Shown here piece by piece: positions 1 through 8,904 of a stretch of DNA of 64,000 bases (the stretch's first letter is position 1; each line of letters opens with the position of its first letter). Under the pieces are notes generated by a model. It saw only the letters and a program-made list of their open reading frames with translations, did no database searches and was not told the DNA's origin. This DNA is from Oxalobacteraceae bacterium (lineage in GTDB: Bacteria; Pseudomonadota; Gammaproteobacteria; Burkholderiales; Burkholderiaceae_D): assembly GCA_036675035.1 (NCBI GenBank), contig JAKFFO010000119.1, positions 16,002 to 80,001 of the forward strand, written 5' to 3'. The position numbers and the translations under genes were made by a program.

Positions 1-76
1 GAGGATTTGACCACCTTCTCTGATTTCGATTCAATCCCGGGTATTTTCTCAACAGCAATTGACCGGAACAGTTCGC

Positions 77-463
77 ATGCAAAAACCACCAAGCCGTATT
101 GCCGGTGCATTCCTCTTGTCATGGGTAGTCGGCATTGGCTGCTTATTCATCGCATTGCAATTCAGTCCGCCGCGCTGGTCGATAGAGGCGATGGGCGGTG
201 CGCTGATCGCCGCAGCCGAGTCGAGCCTGCTGTATGTCGTGCCGCCGCTGCTGTTTCTGATGATATGGACAGTTCGGCGCGGAAGCGTTTCCGTGCCTGT
301 TTCATGCGTCGCGGCCTTCGTCTGGGTCACGCTGACAGTCGCATGGTGGGCATCGGCTTTCAGTCCGGTGCCGTGGTCAGGCGCGTTGCGAAACCTTGTT
401 ATTCTGTTGCCGGGTTCGCTGGTGCCGTGCATCGTTTTTTATCTGCTGGGCCGGCGGCCATAG
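77..463 (+). CDS. hypothetical polytopic membrane protein
   Basis: ORF 59..463 (TTG) has an in-frame ATG at 77. The translation has four hydrophobic stretches (AFLLSWVVGIGCLFIAL, LLYVVPPLLFLMIW, VAAFVWVTLTVAWW, LVILLPGSLVPCIVFYLL). No family motif recognised. Confidence 0.4.
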   Translation: MQKPPSRIAGAFLLSWVVGIGCLFIALQFSPPRWSIEAMGGALIAAAESSLLYVVPPLLFLMIWTVRRGSVSVPVSCVAAFVWVTLTVAWWASAFSPVPWSGALRNLVILLPGSLVPCIVFYLLGRRP

Positions 464-504
464 CCTCGGCGTCACGGGAATGCGGCGGGGCGGCGGGCTG
501 GGTA

Positions 505-1482
505 TTACGCTGATTTAAGCACCGGCGCCATTGTCGGTTCGATGGCGGTGGTGAGAATTTCTTCAATTACACATTTCTGGATCGCAGGATGAAATCCGAG
601 GGCGACGTGTCCTATGCCGCTGAATTCGATGTTGGTTGCACCTCTCAGGTGGGATGATGTCTGCGGCGACACGATATTGTCGTGATGCGAATAGATCGAT
701 ACGAACAGGGAACGAATCGCATCGGTTTCGGATTTCGCCAATTTCTGCAGCCATTCGCTTGGCATTCCAGTGGCTGCGTTTCGGCCGGCCCAGCGCATCT
801 GTTTGGAGTTCGGTCCCGCACCGAAGTTGGCCAGGCCGGTTCCTCGGTGGGGAGTGCCAAGTGTTATTGCCTTGGCGACATGCCTTGCGCCATGATCGCG
901 CAGATATGCCCGTGTCGCCAATCCCCCCATGCTATGGCTGACGATGATAATTCGCTGGTGCCCGGTTTCCGCGCACATTGTCTCCACTGCGCGCTGTATC
1001 AGCGCAACATAACCGTCGATGTCATGGAGTATCGGTTCCAGGTCAACCGCATAATGGGTAATTCTTGCAGCGGTAAGTGCCTTGCTCATGGGATGCCAGT
1101 AGCCGCTGTTGCAGCCATAGCCGTGGACCAGCAGAACCGGCAATCCGACCGCGTTTTCCGATCGGCGCTTGTCGAATCGATGGAACGCCATGGTCCATGT
1201 CGAGCTGAGCATCGTGGCCCGGAATTCGCCAAAAAACAGGCGCAATGCCTGGCGCCAGGTGATCCGCATCCGTTCGGGCGTCTCGCTACGGTAGAGCCAG
1301 GTAATGAAGAAATTATTTGCCGTGATGAGCAAGCGAAGCAGAAGCACTACGCCGATGCCGAGCAACAGTGCCGGCACAAGATTTTGACCGTGCCAAGCGT
1401 AGGCGGCGAGCGCAAAGATGGCGAGAATGGTCAGCAGGTGCAGGCCGAGCAAGATGCGAGTAATTCGGACAACCATGTACAA
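505..1482 (-). CDS. alpha/beta-fold hydrolase, lipase-like, with N-terminal membrane anchor
   Basis: 325 aa. Two N-terminal hydrophobic helices, then the oxyanion region PVLLVHGYGCNSGYW and the nucleophile elbow IIIVSHSMGGLATRAYL (GxSxG-type, as in class 2 lipases/PGAP1-like hydrolases). Confidence 0.75.
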   Translation of the reverse strand: MYMVVRITRILLGLHLLTILAIFALAAYAWHGQNLVPALLLGIGVVLLLRLLITANNFFITWLYRSETPERMRITWRQALRLFFGEFRATMLSSTWTMAFHRFDKRRSENAVGLPVLLVHGYGCNSGYWHPMSKALTAARITHYAVDLEPILHDIDGYVALIQRAVETMCAETGHQRIIIVSHSMGGLATRAYLRDHGARHVAKAITLGTPHRGTGLANFGAGPNSKQMRWAGRNAATGMPSEWLQKLAKSETDAIRSLFVSIYSHHDNIVSPQTSSHLRGATNIEFSGIGHVALGFHPAIQKCVIEEILTTAIEPTMAPVLKSA

Positions 1483-1594
1483 CTTTCGTTTCAGGATATT
1501 GAAGAATCACAGGCCAGCCCCGCCAAAACCCCACGCGGATCAGAGCGCGCAAGTCCGAATTTCATCACGCGATTCGTGTCTTGATTCCGTCATT

Positions 1595-3241
1595 TCACAA
1601 TGTCGGCGCCGATTTTCCAGTCATTTCCTCAGCCAGTCCGCTCGCGAGCCGCGCAGTAATGCCGTATATCGACAATTGTGGATTGGCACCGACAGCCGTC
1701 GGAAACAGGGAGCCGTCGTGTACCGATAAATTCGCTACGCCGCGATAACGTCCCAATTCGGATACGATACCCGACTTTGCATCGCCCGACATGGTGCAGC
1801 CTCCCATTACATGCGCCGACACCACGCGAGTGAGCAGCGGTTTGAAGGGCAGTGCGTTGATCGCTTTTTTTGCGCTCGACCAACTGGTATATCCATCGGC
1901 CATTTCATGCACCGGATACACGCTCTTGGCACCTGCCGCAAACTGAATTTCCGCCATCGACAAAAATGCCCTCCTGGCCCCGTCCCATAAAAAATCGGTC
2001 AATGGATAGTCGAGTACCGGCGATCCATTGTCATTCAATTGCACCGTGCCGCCTGGCGAATCAGCACTGAAGCCGTCGCGCAACAACGCAATCAGCGCAT
2101 GCGCGTGCGGGAATTTTTTCATCGTTTCTGCATGTTGGGCGCCGAAGCCTTGCATCGTTGTTGAAAACAGCACGGGATGCAGCGGAGGCGCTTCCAGCTT
2201 GTAACCGATCGGCCCATCGATGGCTTGAGAATTCAGGAAGTGATCCGAATATATCGACTGTGGCGCGCCGGAGAATCCATTGACTTCCTGATCGAACAGT
2301 CCGGACGAAACCAGTGTCGGATGAAGAAAGGTGCGCTTTCCGAGCAGGCCGTTAGGGTCTGGCGCGCCAGATCGCATCAGCAATGCAGGCGAATTGATCG
2401 CTCCTGCGGCGACCACGAAGTGCCGTGCACGTATCGTTATTGTTTTTCCAGTGGCGGCAAGGCCGCTTCGATCCAGTGCCACGCAGGCCAGGGTTTCCAC
2501 CTTGTCACCGCAGAATGCCAGTTTTTCCGCACGCGCTCCGGTGATCAGCGTCGCGCCGTTGGTCAATGCCGCCGGTATGGTGGTCACCAGCATCGATTGT
2601 TTTGCATTGGTCGGGCATCCCATACCGCAATAACCGAGATTCCAGCAGCCTTTCACGTTGCGCATCATCGCCCCGGTTGAAATGCCGAGCCGGGTCGCTC
2701 CTCGCCGCAGCAAGTCATTATTTTCGTTCGGTGCGGTATGCCAAGGGCTTATGCTCAGGCGCCGTTCCATCATCGCAAACCACGGCGTCAAGGCTTCCGC
2801 CGTGTAGCTTTCAAGCCTGAAATTCTTTTGCCAATAGGCGAGGGTATCGGTCGGCGTGCGGAAACTCGATGTCCAGTTGACCGTGGTGGAACCGCCGACC
2901 GCGCGGCCCTGCAGGATATTGATCGCCTTATCTTTGGTTTTGCGGGAAGCGGATTCCTGATACAGGGCCGGATAAGCCTGCGCCTCGCGCATCTTGAAAT
3001 CCCGTGATGATTTAAGCGGTCCTTCTTCAATCAGCACCACCTTCAATCCGGCCAAGCTCAGAATTTCAGCCGTCACACCGCCTCCGGCGCCGGTGCCGAT
3101 GATCGCAACATCGGCTTCGAACACGCGATTGTCGCTCAGGGCCGTCGCGTCGATTATCTTCCAGCCGGCCGCAATGCCTGCCTGGATCGGATCCGCAATC
3201 GGATTCTGGCTCTGACTTGCTGCCACGGTTATGTTCGTCAT
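1595..3241 (-). CDS. GMC-family FAD-dependent oxidoreductase (large subunit)
   Basis: 548 aa. N-terminal Rossmann motif DVAIIGTGAGGGVTAEIL...LIEEG. C-terminal GMC signature region HVMGGCTMSG...VHDGSLFPTAVGANPQLSIYGIT. The start lies 3 nt after the stop of the upstream small-subunit gene. Confidence 0.85.
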   Translation of the reverse strand: MTNITVAASQSQNPIADPIQAGIAAGWKIIDATALSDNRVFEADVAIIGTGAGGGVTAEILSLAGLKVVLIEEGPLKSSRDFKMREAQAYPALYQESASRKTKDKAINILQGRAVGGSTTVNWTSSFRTPTDTLAYWQKNFRLESYTAEALTPWFAMMERRLSISPWHTAPNENNDLLRRGATRLGISTGAMMRNVKGCWNLGYCGMGCPTNAKQSMLVTTIPAALTNGATLITGARAEKLAFCGDKVETLACVALDRSGLAATGKTITIRARHFVVAAGAINSPALLMRSGAPDPNGLLGKRTFLHPTLVSSGLFDQEVNGFSGAPQSIYSDHFLNSQAIDGPIGYKLEAPPLHPVLFSTTMQGFGAQHAETMKKFPHAHALIALLRDGFSADSPGGTVQLNDNGSPVLDYPLTDFLWDGARRAFLSMAEIQFAAGAKSVYPVHEMADGYTSWSSAKKAINALPFKPLLTRVVSAHVMGGCTMSGDAKSGIVSELGRYRGVANLSVHDGSLFPTAVGANPQLSIYGITARLASGLAEEMTGKSAPTL

Positions 3242-3244
3242 AGG

Positions 3245-3763
3245 TCAGCTCAGCATTTTTAACGGTCCGGGATAACCGATTGCAGCCCAGGTCGATTCAT
3301 CGGCATACCATCCGCCGAAAATCAGGTCGTGCAGCGCATGGTAGGCGGTTTGCAGCATCGCGAAACGATGCATGCGCCAGCCTTGGAGGAAGGCGGCCAC
3401 CTCATCCGGTGCGGCTTCGGCCCACGGCTTCGATACGCCTGCGAGAAATCGACGGGTTGGTGCGAAGACAAGCAGGCCGAACAGGTCTTGGATTTCCTTC
3501 TGTGTCGACAGCGGCAATCCTGCGATCGTGTCTTGTACGCGCGCAATCGCCATGTCGACGGCTTGAGGATTGCCCGGGATCGTGCCCAGCAATACGGCTG
3601 AGGTAATAGCTCGCAGTGCCGCTCTGCCTTCTTCGTCAAGCGTGAACCGGCCCGGAGCAGCAGGGCCTTTCGTGATACGGTACACGCCGCCGGCGGCCGC
3701 GAGCACGATTGCGCCCGCCAGGCCGGTTTTCAGAAAGGTGCGGCGCGTTGGTATGCTTGCCAT
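3245..3763 (-). CDS. Tat-signal small subunit of flavoprotein dehydrogenase (gluconate 2-dehydrogenase subunit 3-like)
   Basis: 172 aa. Twin-arginine signal MASIPTRRTFLKTGLAGAIVLAAAGG. Tightly coupled to the GMC gene, the usual arrangement for Tat hitch-hiker export of the FAD subunit. Confidence 0.7.
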   Translation of the reverse strand: MASIPTRRTFLKTGLAGAIVLAAAGGVYRITKGPAAPGRFTLDEEGRAALRAITSAVLLGTIPGNPQAVDMAIARVQDTIAGLPLSTQKEIQDLFGLLVFAPTRRFLAGVSKPWAEAAPDEVAAFLQGWRMHRFAMLQTAYHALHDLIFGGWYADESTWAAIGYPGPLKMLS

Positions 3764-3906
3764 CTTCTTGTTCCTTTCACTTGCGGTACACTTCGCACAA
3801 TCCGTACGCTTTGTATAGCAAAGCGACAGCGAAGAGTTTTAGCGGAACAACGCTGATCATTAATAAACGCGTTAGCCGATATTCGTAGCAGTGTCGAGCT
3901 CGATAT

Positions 3907-5538
3907 TCAAGCGCCGGACCCTATAATATCGGCTTCATCTACTTCGTCGATCTGTTCCGGGCGCAGGAATTCACGCGCATACTGAAGATACACTTTGCTC
4001 CGGACAAAAATATCGAATAACTCCGGATCGATATGTCCATTGAGGCAAAATTTCTTCATGATCCGCAGAGAGTCCGACAGCGTTTTCCCAGATTTGTACG
4101 GGCGATCGCTCGCCGTAAGGGCCTCGAAAATATCCGCGATACCCATGATCCGTGCCTGGACCGACATTTGGGCACGGGTCAGGCCGCGAGGATAACCTTT
4201 CCCATCCATGCGCTCATGATGTCCGCCGGCGAACTCGGGCACGCGCTTGAGATGCTTGACCCACGGAAGGCTTTCAAGCATCTTGATCGTGACGACGATA
4301 TGATTGTTGATGATGTCGCGCTCTGCCTTGGTCAGGGTGCCGGATCGAATCGTCAGGTTTTCGATTTCATTGGTGGTCAGAAAATCGATGCTGTCGCCAT
4401 CCGGGTTTTTCCAGTTGCGCTTGGTACCGATGACGCGTACCGCTTGCTGATCTTTTTCATCCATCGCCTCGCTGCCGGCATTGGCACGTCTTAAAAATTC
4501 CCGGTCCTGCTCCAAGGCATCGAGTTGTTTGTTGAATCGTGTTTCCAGAAATCGCTCGGCTCGCGGATCGGGCGGTGGACGCAGAGCCAGTCTCGCTTTC
4601 AGCATGTCGATCTCGGCATCGCGCTTCAATACTTCAAAGCGGGTATCGATCAGGTCGATGCGGTCGTAGATGGTTTCCAGCTTGGTCGCTTTGTCGACGA
4701 CATGAACCGGAGTGGTTATCTTGCCGCAATCATGCAGCAACCCCGCGATTTTGAGTTCGTAGCGATCCTGATCGGTCATCGTGAATGATGCGAACGGCCC
4801 ATGTTCCGCATTGGCCACCGCGTCGGCGAGCATCATGGTCAATGCCGGTACGCGCTGACAATGTCCGCCGGTATACGCCGATTTGTCATCGATCGCAAAA
4901 TTGATCATGCCGATGAATGCTTCGAACAACTTTTCCTGTTGCACGATCAACTGGCGGTTCGACACCGCGATCGATGCCTGTGACGCCAGCGATTCGACCA
5001 GCCGCTGTGATTCGGCAGAAAAGGGAATTACATCACCGGTATCGTGATCAAGAGCATTGATCAGCTGGACGACACCGATGAGTTCGTTCTCGTGATTTTT
5101 CATCGGAACCGTAAGAAATGATTTCGAGCGATATCCGGTTTGTGTGTCGAACGTCCGGGTTCCGGAAAAATCAAAATTTTCCGCGACATAGGCATCGGGA
5201 ATATTAATAGTACGCCTGTGCAGCGCACAGCAAACCGCAACCATTGATTCGTTCGGCGTGCCGTCCGGCCTGGCCAGCGGTAACGGCGGGAACGGAATCG
5301 GTTTTCCAGAAATGCCGCCCAGCGTGATATCGAGGCTGTCGTTGCGCAGAATCTCGAATTTGAGGTGGGTTCCGCTTTCGTCGATAGAGTAAAGCGTGCC
5401 TCCATCGGCACCGGTAATCTGCTTTGCGGCGATCAGGATTCTTTCCAGCAGGCGGTCGATATTCCGCTCGCTCGATAGTGCCGCGCCGATCTCGTTAAGT
5501 TGTTCAAACCGGAGCAAAAGATCGCTTACTGTACTCAT
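3907..5538 (-). CDS. GAF domain-containing HD-GYP phosphohydrolase (putative c-di-GMP phosphodiesterase)
   Basis: 543 aa. N-terminal GAF (TGYRSKSFLTVPMKNHENELIGVVQLIN). HD motif LLHDCGK and HHERMDGKGYPRGL (HD-GYP signature). The start lies 12 nt after the stop of the upstream ATPase gene. Confidence 0.9.
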   Translation of the reverse strand: MSTVSDLLLRFEQLNEIGAALSSERNIDRLLERILIAAKQITGADGGTLYSIDESGTHLKFEILRNDSLDITLGGISGKPIPFPPLPLARPDGTPNESMVAVCCALHRRTINIPDAYVAENFDFSGTRTFDTQTGYRSKSFLTVPMKNHENELIGVVQLINALDHDTGDVIPFSAESQRLVESLASQASIAVSNRQLIVQQEKLFEAFIGMINFAIDDKSAYTGGHCQRVPALTMMLADAVANAEHGPFASFTMTDQDRYELKIAGLLHDCGKITTPVHVVDKATKLETIYDRIDLIDTRFEVLKRDAEIDMLKARLALRPPPDPRAERFLETRFNKQLDALEQDREFLRRANAGSEAMDEKDQQAVRVIGTKRNWKNPDGDSIDFLTTNEIENLTIRSGTLTKAERDIINNHIVVTIKMLESLPWVKHLKRVPEFAGGHHERMDGKGYPRGLTRAQMSVQARIMGIADIFEALTASDRPYKSGKTLSDSLRIMKKFCLNGHIDPELFDIFVRSKVYLQYAREFLRPEQIDEVDEADIIGSGA

Positions 5539-5550
5539 CGAGCCATCCGC

Positions 5551-7917
5551 CTATTTAATGCAGACCTGGCGCACTTGTTTGATATCGGTCGCGCCGGAAA
5601 GCACTTTTTCGATACCGTCCATTTTCAGGGTAAGCATGCCGTCTTCAAGCGCGGCTGCCAGCAGCTGTGCGACACGCGCGTGTTCCTGCAGTAGGCGTTT
5701 GACCTTGTCCGATCCGACCATGAGTTCGTGCAGGCCGACGCGCCCCTTGTAGCCTTTTCCGCATTGATCGCATCCGACCGCGCGGTAAAGCGTGAACTGA
5801 CCCTTGTCGTCTGCATATCTTTTTTTCCACGTATCCCGAACCGCATCTTTTCCCGCTTGCGGGTCCTTGATGAAGGTTTCGGTATTCAAAAGCTCTTCGC
5901 AATATTCGGTCAGAAGCCGGTCGATTTCTTCCGGAGAAGGGTGATAAGCCATTTTGCACTTCGAGCATAAGCGCTTGGCCAGCCGTTGCGCCAGCACGCC
6001 CAGCAACGCGTCGGCAAAGTTGAACGGGTCCATGCCCATGTCCAGCAGGCGGACGATCGACTCCGGCGCACTGTTGGTGTGCAGGGTTGCGAACACCAGG
6101 TGGCCGGTCAGCGATGCCTCAAGCCCGATCGATACGGTTTCCTTGTCGCGCATCTCGCCGACCATGATGATATCCGGGTCGGCACGCAGGAATGCCCGCA
6201 TTACGGTGGCGAAATCGAGACCGGCCTTGCGGTTGACCTGAACCTGCCGCAATCCTTTTTGCGTGATTTCGACCGGATCTTCCGCGGTCCATATTTTCGT
6301 GTCAGGCGTGTTGAGGAAGCTGAGCACCGAGTGCAATGTCGTGGTTTTTCCGGAGCCGGTCGGGCCGCAAACGAAAAAGATGCCGTATGGCTTGCTGACC
6401 GTCTCCTTGAGCCGGTCCAGGTTGTAGGGCAACACCCCGAGTTTATCGAGGGGAATCGGCTCGCCTGCGGCAAGAATGCGCATCACGACATCCTCGACCC
6501 CACCGGCGGACGGAATCGTCGCTACCCGCAACTCGATATCGAGCGGCCCGTATTTCTTGAACTTGATTTTTCCGTCCTGCGGTTTGCGCCGTTCCGAAAT
6601 ATCAAGGTCGCACATGATCTTGATCCGCGCCAGGATCGCATTGCGGTAACTTGCCGGGATCTCGATGTAGTTTTCGAGCGAGCCGTCCTTGCGAAACCGG
6701 ATGACGGTTTTGTTCTTGCCCGGACTCGGCTCTATATGGATATCGGATGCGCCTTGCCGGTACGCGTCGACTATGATCTTGTTGACCAGCTTGACCAGTT
6801 CATTTTCGGCGGCGGCGGAAATGTCGGTCGCCGATACGTCGTTGTTTTCCTCGTCGCTATCTTCCATGCCCATCAGCAATTCACCGACGGAGGTCGGGTC
6901 GTCGACGATCCCGAAGAATTGATCGATGGTCTGCTTGAATTCGGAATTGGTGGTGACGTTATAGACGACTCTTGCCTTGGGAAAGACATTGTTGACGACA
7001 CGAGCGCTTTTCACCTGCTCCGGGTCCGTCGTCAGGATGACCAAGCCGTCCTTGCCGTCTTCGATCGGCAGCCAGCGATTTTGCTCGACGTACTCCCGCT
7101 TCATGTTTTTCAACAGGTCGAGCGGTTTGATGCGCTCCGCCTTGTATGGGGTATACGGCACACCGAAAAACTTGCCCAGCGCTTCGCCGACGGACGCACG
7201 CTTCACCTGGAATTCGTTGATAAGCACTTCTTCGACATCGATATTCTGCCGTCTCGCAGACCGCGTCGCGAGTTCGAACTCGGGTGCCGACAGCACCGCG
7301 TCGGCGATCAACAGATCGTATTTTGACCGGACCCGCGGGAGCGGCTTGAGCCTCTGGTTGAATGCGATGGCTAGCGTCGCGCACAGCTCTCTCAGGCCAT
7401 CTTCGGCAATTTGATCGAACGGGCCGCCCAGACGATTATTGATGAGCTGAACTACGCCGAGCAACTCGTTGGTCTGGGCATTGATCAGTGGTGCTACCAG
7501 CATTTCCCTGGTGCGGTAACCGGTACGCTTGTCGACTTCCTTCAAAAAATGAAGGTCGGGTGAATGAACCTTCAGTTCGGCGTCGTCGTAGACGTCTTTT
7601 ACATTGACGGTACGTTTGAACAGCGCGACATAACCCGCGACGCTTTGTTCGGACACCGGCAGCTTCAAATCGGTAAAGGAGTTAAGTCCGGTTTTAACTT
7701 TCGAGACAATGAAATCCCGCGCATCGCTCAACACGTAAATGGTGAGCCGATCACAATGGAACAGGTTGCTGATGTCCTGTGACAGATCAAGCATGATCTC
7801 GTCGATGTTGGCGGTAGCATGGATCTTGTTGGTGACTCCCTGCAGTTTCTTGAAAAATTCCAGCCGACTGTTGATGTCGATTCCGCTTCCTTGTTCTTTT
7901 CCTAAAACTGCACTCAT
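5551..7917 (-). CDS. GAF domain-fused GspE/PilB-family (type II/IV secretion) ATPase
   Basis: 788 aa. N-terminal GAF (TGYRTREMLVAPLINAQTNELLGVVQLIN). Central T2SSE_N-like region. Walker A GPTGSGKTTT (nt 6337-6366). Asp/His boxes (IMVGEMRD, ATLHTN). Tetracysteine CSKC...CDQC typical of GspE/PilB rather than PilT. Confidence 0.9.
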   Translation of the reverse strand: MSAVLGKEQGSGIDINSRLEFFKKLQGVTNKIHATANIDEIMLDLSQDISNLFHCDRLTIYVLSDARDFIVSKVKTGLNSFTDLKLPVSEQSVAGYVALFKRTVNVKDVYDDAELKVHSPDLHFLKEVDKRTGYRTREMLVAPLINAQTNELLGVVQLINNRLGGPFDQIAEDGLRELCATLAIAFNQRLKPLPRVRSKYDLLIADAVLSAPEFELATRSARRQNIDVEEVLINEFQVKRASVGEALGKFFGVPYTPYKAERIKPLDLLKNMKREYVEQNRWLPIEDGKDGLVILTTDPEQVKSARVVNNVFPKARVVYNVTTNSEFKQTIDQFFGIVDDPTSVGELLMGMEDSDEENNDVSATDISAAAENELVKLVNKIIVDAYRQGASDIHIEPSPGKNKTVIRFRKDGSLENYIEIPASYRNAILARIKIMCDLDISERRKPQDGKIKFKKYGPLDIELRVATIPSAGGVEDVVMRILAAGEPIPLDKLGVLPYNLDRLKETVSKPYGIFFVCGPTGSGKTTTLHSVLSFLNTPDTKIWTAEDPVEITQKGLRQVQVNRKAGLDFATVMRAFLRADPDIIMVGEMRDKETVSIGLEASLTGHLVFATLHTNSAPESIVRLLDMGMDPFNFADALLGVLAQRLAKRLCSKCKMAYHPSPEEIDRLLTEYCEELLNTETFIKDPQAGKDAVRDTWKKRYADDKGQFTLYRAVGCDQCGKGYKGRVGLHELMVGSDKVKRLLQEHARVAQLLAAALEDGMLTLKMDGIEKVLSGATDIKQVRQVCIK

Positions 7918-8126
7918 GTCATGTCATCCGTTCTTCAGTGATATTGGTGATGCCTTTAAATCGCGGCCATGCCAAATTTGAAAGAGTAAATAATGTACCT
8001 GCGGCAGCAACTTGACGTGAAAATATTTTGATTCATATCGGCGGCACTTGCGTTCTGACTTGCCGACTCGGTATCGTGGCTGCCGGAGCGCTGCCGCGGA
8101 CTGCGTCGACAGTGAATCTCCATCTT

Positions 8127-8894
8127 TCAAAGTTCAAATACCTGATTGTTTTGCAGCATTCCGGGCGTGCGTCCTTGGATATTTTCTCGTACTTCCCGCA
8201 TTGTTATTTCACTTCTCCCCGGCTTCAAGTGAGTAATGAACACCTCCGGGTCGCCTCGCATTTTCTGAAGCTCTGTCGCCAGCATGGTCGGACATAAATG
8301 CTTGGACACAAGAGCAAGCGGCCTTTCGCTTTCGGAAAAAGCGGTTTCGATGATGAGATAGCGCAAGTTCGATATCTTGTTCAACTCTTGCCAAAAGTCG
8401 TCGCTGGTGGTCGTGTCGCCGGTGAATGCCAGGCTCGCGCGTCCGGAATCAAGTCGATAGCCAACCGCGGGAACGGTATGCGTAGCGGGCAACGCGGTAA
8501 TCCTGCGTTCTCCAAGCTGCACGGTTTCGCCTAGTTGTATGGTCTGAAAGCGCAGGTACGGATTATTGGAATCGGGAATTTGACTGAAATCCGGCCAGAT
8601 CGACCAGTTGAAGATGTGCGTTCTGATGATGTCTTGCGTCGCCTGGGTGGCGTACATCGTCAGCGGATTGGTGCGCAGATCGCCTACCGCGTCAAGAATG
8701 AACGGCAAAAAGGCGATATGGTCCAGATGCGAGTGCGTGACGAACACATGGTCGATCGTTGCCAGTTCGGTGATGCCGAGTTCACCGACGCCGGTGCCCG
8801 CGTCGATCAAAATGTCATGATCGACCAGTATCGAGGTCGTACGCAGCTGGCTTCCGCCGATTCCGCCGCTGCAGCCAAGGATCTTTACCTTCAT
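8127..8894 (-). CDS. class II 3',5'-cyclic-nucleotide phosphodiesterase (MBL fold)
   Basis: I place the start at the internal ATG (MKVKILGCSGGIGG), 10 nt after the cyclase stop, because the longer ORF would overlap the cyclase. Class II PDE signature VTHSHLDHIAFLPF. Confidence 0.8.
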   Translation of the reverse strand: MKVKILGCSGGIGGSQLRTTSILVDHDILIDAGTGVGELGITELATIDHVFVTHSHLDHIAFLPFILDAVGDLRTNPLTMYATQATQDIIRTHIFNWSIWPDFSQIPDSNNPYLRFQTIQLGETVQLGERRITALPATHTVPAVGYRLDSGRASLAFTGDTTTSDDFWQELNKISNLRYLIIETAFSESERPLALVSKHLCPTMLATELQKMRGDPEVFITHLKPGRSEITMREVRENIQGRTPGMLQNNQVFEL

Positions 8895-8904
8895 TATTTT
8901 CGAC

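Noticed and set aside
5986-7326. Other long antisense ORFs: 5986-7326 (+), 12715-13614 (-), 14973-15992 (-), 21218-22039 (-), 50761-51972 (-), 57129-58526 (-), 60914-61822 (-), 63097-63933 (-)
   Set aside because: Each lies fully inside, and opposite to, a confidently identified gene (GspE-like ATPase, ilvI, ilvC, pnp, relA, pheT, TRAP P and M). The compositions are low-complexity Arg/His/Asp-rich. I treat them as shadow ORFs.
5551-7917. Treating the GspE/PilB-type ATPase as evidence of a type II secretion or type IV pilus locus
   Set aside because: No other T2SS/T4P component is encoded in the window, so the locus itself is not a secretion or pilus operon. I report the ATPase as orphan.
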